A stretch of DNA of 64,000 bases from Tubulanus polymorphus (lineage: Eukaryota; Animalia; Nemertea), in assembly GCF_964204645.1 (NCBI RefSeq), contig NC_134033.1, positions 14,454,655 through 14,518,654 of the forward strand, written 5' to 3'. Position 1 is the stretch's first letter, and every line of letters begins with the position of its first letter. The translations under genes were made by a program, and so were the position numbers. Of the stretch, positions 39,248-50,200 are shown one piece after another. Below the pieces are notes generated by a model, which was not told the DNA's origin, searched no databases, and saw only the letters and a program-made list of their open reading frames with translations.

Positions 39248-39361
39248 TTTGTTTGTGTAAAACTACTGGCCGTGTTTGCACCGCATGTATGTCTACATAC
39301 GTGGCGATTTTTCCGTGAAAAAAACTTTCCTTAATCGCGAGCTTGTTTAGATACTGACCAT

Positions 39362-39667
39362 TTACGTACGATATTTTCGTGTCGCGTCTGTCGTCGGTAG
39401 GTTGCTTCCACCTGTTATACGATCATCCCCTTTTATCACATCACAATAGCAGAAAATCAGCGTTTTACGGTCACGTTTTATGAATTGGCAATCTGTTCTG
39501 AAATGTTCTTGCGCGTAATTCTTCCCTCCGCAGTTACAGAGCAGTGTTAGAACGCGTCTCGTATCGATTCGCCACTTGTGCCTGCAGCTTGGACCGTGCA
39601 ATTCGGTTTTAACACCGGTAATAGGCATGTTTTCGTTTTGATAAATCTGAAATGCCGGTGCATTCAT
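39362..39667 (-). CDS. Cluster gene I: ~88-101-aa Cys/His micro-protein
   Basis: HGPSC..CNC..HFRTDC..CYC..GSNLPTTDATRKYRT*; the start may be Met1 or Met14. Confidence 0.8.
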   Translation of the reverse strand: MNAPAFQIYQNENMPITGVKTELHGPSCRHKWRIDTRRVLTLLCNCGGKNYAQEHFRTDCQFIKRDRKTLIFCYCDVIKGDDRITGGSNLPTTDATRKYRT

Positions 39668-42600
39668 TGTTTTATATTTTCTGTATTTCTACGAAAAGAA
39701 AAGCTCACAACGAACTCTATCATTTAAAAGCAAGTTGTGAAATGGAAACTAAAAAAATACAGAATATGAATTAGAAGTAAAATTTATTGCGCTACAAAAG
39801 TTATGATTGCTTAGAACACAAAAACAAATATTACTATAACAATTATGAAAAACGAAACTAAGCAATTCACAAGCATTTACAAGCAAACATTCGTTTAAAA
39901 ACGCAATTGTTCATTCATTCATTCTGGCTGATTTTAAATGAAAAATGAATCATATCACTTCATATCACGGAAGTTGGACCATGAACAAAAATAAAAGCGA
40001 CATAGAGTAGTTTTGAAGCAGCCTTAATAAGATGAAATAATTGGCAAAGCCCTCTGTCTCCGTTCTGAACTGCAATCGATAAATCGACAAAGAATGTTCA
40101 CATGATTTTTATTATTCCTTCTTTCCTTATTACGTAGTAGTGATAATGAACGGGTAATCTTACATTTCATTTTTTACGCGTGATTATCTTAATTATATAG
40201 CATTCGATCAACAATAATCGTTTTAGTTTTTGTTAGCAATCCACACAAATTCCGGTAGATGAAACCTGGTTATTTCTAATTACACCGAAGCAGTGGGAAT
40301 TCGTCGTATCGTGTGTGAATGTATATATGTATATATACCGCGTATTGTCGAGCTCGATACCTCCGGCATTCGCGTGGGATGCATTTATATTGATAAATGC
40401 ACCGCTCAATAATCAAGCACTTGGGTTTCAGATGCGTCAAACAGAAATTGAAATAAACACGTTACTATAGAGTTTGAATACGTAAGGAATCGTTATATTA
40501 TTCCGATACAACGCGGAGGATATTTGTCACCAGCTGCATCTTGCAGCAGCTGAACCAGACGCAGAGAGTGCTGTGTATATTGTATTCGCTCGTCTCAAGG
40601 ACGCCGTTTCAGTCGACGAGGGACGTTGATTAGTCGATTATACGATTCAGTCGTTAGATACAGTGTTTGTCTGACAATTCCGACTTATTGTCAGACAACG
40701 ACTCGGAACGTATGTGTCTGAAAATACGCACATTATCCTCATCAGGCATATACACGCATTGTTTTCAGTGAAATCGCTGTTCATAGAAAGAATCGGATTC
40801 TATTGGATTGTCGTAGCTACGTACAAGGTATGTCGTGTTGTATACGTGGTACTAAGTAATTTCGTTAGATTATTTCAACGTTCTATGCGGGCTTGTCGTT
40901 GGTTTTCGATTTCAAGCGTTCTTGTTTTGTACGTGAAGTGATACTTCTCTGTCGATTTTCATCGAATCGATCGTCGTCACTTAAAACGGAGTCACGTGAC
41001 CGCGCGGTTAGCTTCGCGGAGCAGACGGGCAAATGTCGAACGAGTGAAAACGAGGTTTTGACGGATAAATTCTTTTTTCATTTCGTCAACCAGAAATGAA
41101 TAATGTTGTTTTTTCCTTTCGTTATTTTTCATTATTGCTTCATAAGAAATGATTTATTTGACAAATGACTGAATTCTGAAGATTTTTTTCTTGAGAAATT
41201 GGTAATTTTTATCACGACGTTTTGACGGATAAACTATTTTCTAGTTTGTTCACCAGGAATAACTCTGATTTTTCCACCTCATTTTATTCCTTTAATGATC
41301 CCACTTAGAAATATTTGTCGCTACAAAGCGAATGGTATTTTCAGCCGTCAATATTCACACGGCCAATAATTGAATAACAACGAGAACATTAAAACATCGA
41401 CCATTCATGCGTGTATTTTGACTTACTGAATAGATTTTGTTACGACTCGTATTTTTTTTTCTATAGCGCCCTTGATATATTTGTTCCTTTTCGACTGGCC
41501 TTTCTCAAATTGTGTTTTTATTTTCGTTGTTTCTGTTGCATTTTGCTGCGAATGTCAATGACGACATTCGTCTGGTCATTCGTGCCATGTTGGTCACGAT
41601 GAATATTCATCTCGAGGAGTGGAGCGGGAATAAATTATGCAAAGTAGCACGTTCTTGAGAATGACTTCATATCTTTGGTATTCGAAAATTTTTGATAATG
41701 CTGTTATCAATTTAGACCGGAAATCGTTATCGTAACTGGTTATCTGAATGAGGGATATTTTATGAGCAGTTAAATGATAAACAAAAAACTCGAAAATGTC
41801 AGTGAAAGACCTAATATTATGTTTTAGAAGGGGGTTTCCTTGGGACATTATTCATCAACTGTTGCATGTATATAATCATTTAAACGTTCTAATTACTTGT
41901 CTATGTAGCTGGTATTTTAATTTATCCCTTGCTTGGTTTGTATCGAGGTAATATTGATATAAGAGCTCATTAACTTTCTGCAAAAAATAATTTTTAGGTT
42001 ACTGCGTTAATGCTTTTTCCTGTTAGCCAAATCCGTTCTGACGTTTATTTTTTGCTGTAGTATTGTAGTGCGTGCATGTGTTTTATATATGCCTTTCGCC
42101 TTATCTTTCTTCTGCATTATTTCTAAACCAATTATCCCGTGGAGAATCCACACGAGTCTTTACACCATATCAACACGTTAACGTAACCAATAACGATGAC
42201 CTAAAATCATATATTTGAACGGCTTCTTGTTTTGATTGCCAATGAGCGGTATGTGAAAGTGCTTGTATGATTGCTTAGTCACTGCAATTGCTACGTATAC
42301 GGCAGCACGATATCACCAATAAAACTTGAAACTGCTGTGATACCATCTAATGCCACAATTATCTTAGTTGTCTGCAAAATCTTTTTCCAAGGAAAGGTCT
42401 AAACGGCTTGTCCCTTCATTAGTCAAATTAAGTTGTGATTTCTGAAGCTAACGCACAAGAAAACCGTTCCACGGTCCTCAATGAAGTTTGTTGAACTTTG
42501 AACCGACTCACTCTTAACGATTATTCGATAATAAGTCGGGATTCATCAAGTTCAGTATCATTATGACTCGATTGAATTCATAAGCACAAATACTATCTAG

Positions 42601-44228
42601 TATATTGAGTCAATCATATATTTGTCGAAAATTTTTGGATTTTTGCATTTTGAGTTATATAATCATATTTATAATTATTATCATTATTATTATTATGAAA
42701 TAGTCATTATGATTATAGCTATAATGTGAAATAGTTTTAATATTATAATCAACATCTGCGGTAGTATTTGCGGTGTTCTGATGTCTTTTGATACTTATAG
42801 CTTATAGCGGAGGCTCAGTTACATCATCTCAATGAATTACCTTCAAAGCGTAGCTTATTGATTAAGTGTCAATAATATTGATTAATACATGAGAAAGTAA
42901 GTAGATTGCTAATGTTCTGTTTATATTTTATAAAGAAAATCAAAAATGTTGAAGAATCTTTATTATTATGTAGCAGAGTATGGAATATTTGTAAAGATAT
43001 CCTATTGATTTATGCGTAAATACTAGACAGATTTGCAGCCCTGTAGTGAATTGTTGGTCGAATAGAATTTCATGAAACATACACCACCACACTCAGAATT
43101 TTCTTGTCTTTTCGGAAAAAATAAGTTCATTGTATTAAACGCTGTCGTTTCTGCCCTACAGTTGGCAAAAGAATGCGCTTGGTACGCGCTAACTCGAACG
43201 CGTGTGTAAACGCGCGCACAGCGTGTTAACTTTAAATGACAGGAGTGTTGAATAAAACCTGTGTCTTGAAACATCGTTAAATGATACTTTGCCAGTGAAA
43301 AGATGTATCTTTGAAAATGAAATAGATTATTTCAAATGATGTATTGTATACTTTAAGCTGCTAACGTTTCCCGAGCAGGCACTCGCATCCGCTATCGCGA
43401 AATATTGATTGTATGAAATTTCAATGTTCTTCATTGTTCTCTACTTTCATCTTGGATCAGACTACTGTACCAGCTAGATTTGATATTTCAACTAATTCAT
43501 TTGATGTATACCTGTAAAACTAGAAAACAGAATAGATTTGCGATCCCGCAGATTGATTTTCCGTGAATCGACAATAATAATTATTTATTTATAAACAGCA
43601 TTTTGATATTATTTGATTAGTTTCATTTTTGCTGCAACGAAGAATTCTTTTAACGTGTAGTAGTATAGTTTATAGGCGAATAGAGCTTAAAGGTTGATTT
43701 CTAGTTGACCTATATCTTATGCAACTGCACTAAAATACATTAGTCACGACAACTTGTCCGGGCAAATGTTTCTTTGCCATTTCCGTCGATTGTGAAATGT
43801 TGATCTATCCACTTACAAAATTCCAATTTAGTGAATAATATGATAATGTATTATCAAATGTGGGAAATACGCTACATTTTTATTTGGAAATGGTTCAGAA
43901 AAAAACACAAGCAAGTTTTGTCCGATTGTTGTATTTTCATCCAATGGTTATATTTGCATAGATAACGTTTTCCACTCTTAGACGACGGTACGGTTTGAAA
44001 ATGAAATTCATTCATCAGGATTCGAAATAAAGAAAATATAAGACAAATATTGGGTTTTAATCTTTTTATCTCCACACATGAGTGTGGCTTTATTACTAAT
44101 ACGGTATATTATCAATTTGATTAAGCCACGTCTTCATTCACTAGATGTTACTTATTCCAGTTATACGCTATGCAAGTAACGGATTGTATCTCACATTTGG
44201 TTCAATTGGTTTTGTCTTGTAGTTTCTC

Positions 44229-45151
44229 ATGTCTCCGACGGAAAAACGGATCGCCAGTGAGTCTAGTACGAATACGAATAAGAAGTCATCGAGAACGTCA
44301 GAAATGCAGCCGTCTACTAGATCTCAAACGAGTACGACATCGATGCGTCCTAGACCCAGAGATACACCTCCGCAGTTTGTATTGGACAATGAAAGCTTAG
44401 CTTTGACATTCGCGACAGCGTTGACTTCACCGGTCTGCACCAGTATATACAGGACAAGTAAGCCTTTAAGTGAGTAAAGCTTTGAAAATTAACTCTGAAC
44501 TCGAATTGAATACTTCAACAATTCAGTCTTATATTAAATCGATTGAAGAGTTTATTCTCATTTGCATGACCCCAAAAGAAGAATAAGTCATTTATTGTCG
44601 TATACCGCATTGTTCATGGGCATTTAATTTTGAATATTCTATCGAACTAAAAGTAGAAAATTAAACACTGACTAATCTGAACAACCGTAATCTTCGGTTA
44701 ATTGACTGGTGGTATACAGTTGACTGGTTATCGATTGGATTTCTGAAAATCAAAACCACATGCAATGAGTAAATCAAATACAATGTATAGTGCATATTAG
44801 GGTCCTGGCAATAAGAAAAATATGAAACATTTGTTAGTTTATTCCAAAACACTCTGAATGTCTGAATCCTGGAGTGATTCTCTGAAACGTATCTTTTTTC
44901 ATTTCTTTTTAATTCTTTTGTTGGTTTTTTAAAGGTTTTTCCGTAAAATCCAGGGTACGAGGTTGGTAAACATCTTTGTGAATGTAAATATGCTCTCATT
45001 TTCAGCCGAGGCAGAAAAAGAACTTATCCGACAGCAACGTGTGCGGTTTGAGAAAAAGGCGAAACGAAAAAGAAAACAGCGCAGGAAATCTGAAAAGTCA
45101 GACGTTAGTAAATCAAACGCTGGAGATGACAATTTACGGAAATTGAAGTGA
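44229..45151 (+). CDS. Small unknown basic protein (~128 aa, 2 coding exons), paralog of 26428-27002
   Basis: Exons 44229-44469 and 45006-45151 (phase 1): ...ESLALTFATALTSPVCTSIYRTSKPLT|EAEKELIRQQRVRFEKKAKRKRKQRRK...*. An acceptor AG lies just upstream of the ATG. Confidence 0.65.
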
Positions 45152-45681
45152 ATGACTCATTTATCAGTGCGCGAGTTTGTGGGTCGATGGTGACGCAATA
45201 GTTCGTAGTGTTCGCTTCGCCAACTAGATGGCATCAAAGGACAATATCGCGATCATTCATAAAAACAAAGCTTCGCTTATGAATTTTTTCTAATTTCATA
45301 AAAAACATGGACAAGCAAAATACATTTGGAATGAACAGCTAGAATTTAATTTTGCGGGCTTTTTTATACCTGAATCCCCTAAAAATAAAGTATATTTTAA
45401 ATAATCAAACGAATAGAACGTGGTCGTTGCGTGATATTTGTTTCTTTTGTTTCGCCGTTCTCGTGACTCATTGAATATGACATACATATTAATTTCTGCA
45501 ATGGCTTCACGTATCAGCAGGTGGTGTAAAACATATTACATCCATTGATCACCGGGTCACAGGTGGCTTCAATATAGCACTCAACAGTCTCAAATATAGA
45601 GCTTGTTAATATATTTCCTGTAAGATACCTGTAAGCGCAACACGTACGCGTTGTATTTTAACCTGAACGAATTTTTCAACG

Positions 45682-46641
45682 ATGAAGATTTTCATTATTT
45701 TTACCCTCGTTGGAGCCGTTTCTAGTTATGGCTATTCAGGAATGAGTGAGTACCAATTATACGTACTATATGAAACCCCTTTCTTTCTTGCCAAGCTTCA
45801 ATTGACTCCGAACGACGCACGAATACCGATCGCAAGCCCGTTTTCTCTAAGTTGTCGCGGGTTACAGCATCCCCTGGAGACCATGTTATCCGTAAGGAAA
45901 CAATCTGGGGCATTCACAGGGAAACCGTGTTAGTGCTAACCTTGGATTGCAAACAGTGGAAATGGGCGCAGGAAAAACGTTGTTATCTATCCATTATCTT
46001 CGTGTGGCTTCTTATTTAGAGCTGCTAAGCCTAAACGCGGTTAAGCCACAAACCACGGTTAGGATAACAAGGTTTTCCTGCACCCGCCCAGGTCTTTGCG
46101 CGAGCTTACAGCAGGGAGGACTGGAATTTGGCAGTAGATGGCCAAGAAACTAAACGTTCGTAAATATAGTTCTGCGAGCTACACGAGAAAGAGAAGACCA
46201 TTTCCCACCGTATCTGATTAATCGGTAGCATTTCTTGCTCGAAATTTGTTCGTTGACTACGGGATTATTCCTGGTTTTGTTTTTTTTACCAATGATACTA
46301 TTTCAGATGGCTACGGTTACGGCAATGTTGGCGGTGCGCGAATGGGTGGCGGTTATTCCGGTTACGCGTTAGGTTACGGTATACCATACTCGGACGGAGG
46401 TTACCATCATTACGGATCGGCAGGACCGCACGGCAGCGTACAGAGTGGTGGATCGTACGGCACTATGGGCGGACCTGGTTATACTTCGAGCAGCGGGGTG
46501 TACGGTACAATGTCTGCCGGGCCAGCTGAAAACTATATGCCGGCTGGACTAGTGGCTCATATGGGTGGTCCTGGAGCTCATATCAGACATGTCGGTAACA
46601 CTTTACCGAGAGTATATAATTACTTCGGTAACCGACGATAA
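45682..46641 (+). CDS. Secreted Gly/Tyr-rich 132-aa protein
   Basis: Exons 45682-45745 (MKIFIIFTLVGAVSSYGYSGM, signal peptide) and 46307-46641 (phase 1; GYGYG..GGGYSGY..GGYHHYG..YNYFGNRR*). AATAAA at ~46791. Confidence 0.85.
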
Positions 46642-47265
46642 GAAGCGACATATTCCATCAAATATGTCACCAACTTCTCCCACCTTTTTTGAACTTTGTT
46701 TAATCACATGCGATTAGTAATTATATTGCTTGAATAGACGATTTCTGAAATTCTCTTTTGAAATGCAAATTCAATTCAGCATGGGAAATCAATAAAAGAT
46801 TTCGGACAAATTCCGTGACGAAAAATTCAAACCAACAGTTTTTAAATAAAGACCGTTTGAAATGTATTTATCACTTCAGTATCCTTTCACTATCATCTTA
46901 CTTTTTTACCAATAACCTTAGTGTCTGATGTAGGGTCGTAGAGCAACGTAGATCACTGTGGAGACAACCACTGACAGGACAGGGTGAACTTACTATATCC
47001 TTGGCCGAGGTTTATTCATAATGTATCAATATTGAAAACTCATTCAGTATATTAGAAGTTTCGTTTCATTGGTTTGGTTCAACATTTAGTTTGTTGAACG
47101 TCTTACAATTTCACCAATAACCTTAGTGTCTAATGTAGGATCGTAGAGTAATGAAGATCACTGTGGAGACAACCACTGGCAGGACAGGGTGAACTGATAA
47201 TACCCGTGTTGATTCATTCAAAATTGAAAACGCATTTACTAAGTTTGTTGAACTTCATAGATTTA

Positions 47266-50200
47266 TTAGTTGTTTGAACAAACGTTAGGGATACAATAAC
47301 CATTCGGACCGAATACGTGTTGTTTCTGTCCGCACTGCTGAGGTCTGCCGCACTGGTGACATTGATTTCGGTTGCGTTCGGGACAAAGGCAGCCGTAATT
47401 CTGACAACAAGCGCAATCGCTACTGTCCGGAGCCCACGGGCAAGAGCAGCCGGTCTCAGTACGAGTCCACGGGTCGATCTGTATCGAACGCGGTTTTATT
47501 TCCACTGAAACAAAATAAACAAGAAAACTAACTTGATTGACGCCTTGAAAACTAACAAAGGTATTGCTTAATATTTTCTGCAATGAATAATATGATGAAT
47601 ACAAATAATACATCATTAAGGATTTTAAAAAAATTCGGATTTGAATGTATCAATTGACCAACAACCAGTCTAGCCCCGGACCCAGTTTTATAGACTGGTA
47701 TTAAGGGGTTAACTCAATTGAATTGGGTAGGCCTCGGGGTTAAAGTTAATACCAGTCTATAAAACTAGGCACAGATACATTGATAACGTCAAAAATAAAA
47801 TAATAAATATATTTGGTTACAAAATGAACGCCAAAATTCGCAATTGTAATTGTTGCTTTGAAACGCCAATATTGATGACGTAGTCCACATCGACTCACAT
47901 TTCCCTTACATATGTAACGCATACTAGGTATGAATGCATATAAACGTTAATGTAACGGTTTTTACGGCGTCAGAAAACACCATTTAACAAATAGCTTCTA
48001 GTCGGCGGGCATTCGCTCGTAGGTGCTGCCACCAGTCGATAGTTACTGGAGGCAATTTACAACATTTTATCAGCATAAGAGAATCAGGATTCAATGAAAG
48101 GTTCGGAGCTTTAGATACAATTAAAAATCTACATCTTTCGAGTCTACATCTACATCGGGCCTTCAATGAAGATCAATTCACCATTTTACTTTTCACCATT
48201 TCAACATTTATTTGTGAATTCTACGAGCTTAAGAATTACGAAACCACGCCGTGCGTACACAAACGCGTATACAGTCGTTTCTTTATGCCAGAGAATTGCC
48301 GATTTGACATCCACAAAACTATTTCAGTACTTACGTGTGCCACAGTTGCCGGCGTATCCGCATTGTACGCACTGATGTCGGTACGAGCGCGGGCACTGAC
48401 AACCTCCCGGCTCACAACAAGCGCAACCCTTTTCACCAGGAGCGAAGTAGCAAGCACATCCCGTGACGTTCGATGTCCACGCATCCTTCGCCGACGCTGG
48501 AAAAACATGAAATCATTTACAGTTTTGATATAAAAATTTAAGTCATCATTCTACATGTGCAGTAATGCCACTATTGGTACCAGTGAAAACATGGCGTTAA
48601 AACGGATTTGGCGTTAATGATGTTTTCATTGAATTTGAGTTGGATTGAGTAAAAATGTTGGCGTTAAGTGAGCAGTTGCATTAAAAAGGATGGCAGCGTT
48701 CAGACCTTTAATGTATATCTAGGGCTTAGCCGTTATTTGAATTTCAACTGAGTGACTGTGATACTGGGTTAAGAATATCTGATTAATATACTACTAAACC
48801 TGCGATCATTTCGTATCCGTTGCCGTCTCTATATCCGTACAACTCAATTCTCATCCCTATCCACCTGTGGAACGTGCTGACGACTAGCTTGATGTAACGG
48901 GCATTGATTGGGTGACCGTAGTAACGATGGAAACAATACCGTTTCCAAACATTATTGTTTTCGTTGCCTTGCCAAACCTAGACGAGAATGATTGAAAATG
49001 ATTCCACAGCGTCAGCCGTAACATCCTCCTTCGCAGGGATTCGAACCTGGTAGCATCGCGAGACTGCCACGGCCGACACGACACGAACCCTGCCGGATGA
49101 ATTTGAGTGCGCACGTAGCGCAGCTTAGGCCATTAGCCAATCAGATACGGCGTTTTATTTACTTTAGCCCACATTATTCTATTTATATGCGTCAAAATAT
49201 GCCCCATTGGCTATATAACAGGTAAACTAATTGGTGCTGTACCTGCGCACTCGGGAATAATTAGTCATTTCGTGCTATGCCATCAGGTTCAAATCCCAGC
49301 TGAGGGAGAATGCAACGATATGTCGGCAGACTACCGAAATGTTCTTATGCCCTAAAATCTGTTGTCTTACAAGTACTAACCTTAATGGAATCGGTGTTAT
49401 TCCTTTTGAGTTGTACCCAATTCACACCGTCGATGCTAATATGAATAACAAACCGAGTAACCCAGTACTCGTAATGCGAATGCCCGAGAATTCCTAGTCC
49501 GTGGATATCCATTGCCCGACCCAAATCAACCTACAAAATGTAATTAAGTGCAAACAGTTTATGATGATTTTCTTTTAACAGTTAAAAGCCCGACAAGACA
49601 TAGAAATAAGCGTTACCTGTATCCATCGCTGATTATCACGTGGATTTGGAACCCAGCCACTTCCGCTGAGAGGTCGGGCGGTTTTAGCTTCGTTTTTAGT
49701 AGTTTCGCTCGACGCCGTGATGAAAGCATCTCCGATTATTCCTGAAATGAAATACGATGATTCAACATGGGAGTTATTGAGCCACGACAACTTGAGCAAC
49801 TCGGGGTCCAGTAGATGATCAATCGAGTTACCTGATTCCATTCCTAGCGCATGGGGGCGCTTTCTGAAGATCTGAACTTTGGTCGTTGAGAAATACGGAT
49901 CTCCGTCGTCAATCGGCACGACAGGTTTATTCAGATCGGGGGAAACTGGTGCGATGGGTACGCCGATAGGTGGCGGCTCTATTTCATCGCTTTGCGACGC
50001 TTCAAGCAAAATGAACGAAATAAAACGATATGTTGAATAGATATGTCACATAATACATGTTTCTTAACAGATCTGCATGTTATTCATTTGCTCATGACGG
50101 CGGAAGTCATCGGACTGACTGACTGACCTTTAGGTCGGCAACTACCGCTAGGTGTCTCCACGTGAGTATCGGGACAGAAACATCCTCGCGTTCCGTTTCT

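Noticed and set aside
29130-39667. Cluster proteins as secreted toxins, defensins or metallothioneins
   Set aside because: No signal peptide, TATA close to the ATG, and conserved His ligands and CaaX point to the cytosol. Cys content is too low and aromatic content too high for metallothionein.
41400-42600. Coding-like minus-strand stretch (possible decayed gene)
   Set aside because: Multiple stops in all frames and no motif I can identify
47115-47200. SECIS or box C/D snoRNA in the duplicated UTR segment
   Set aside because: Neither flanking gene shows an in-frame UGA in my models, and canonical C/D boxes are not conserved in both copies
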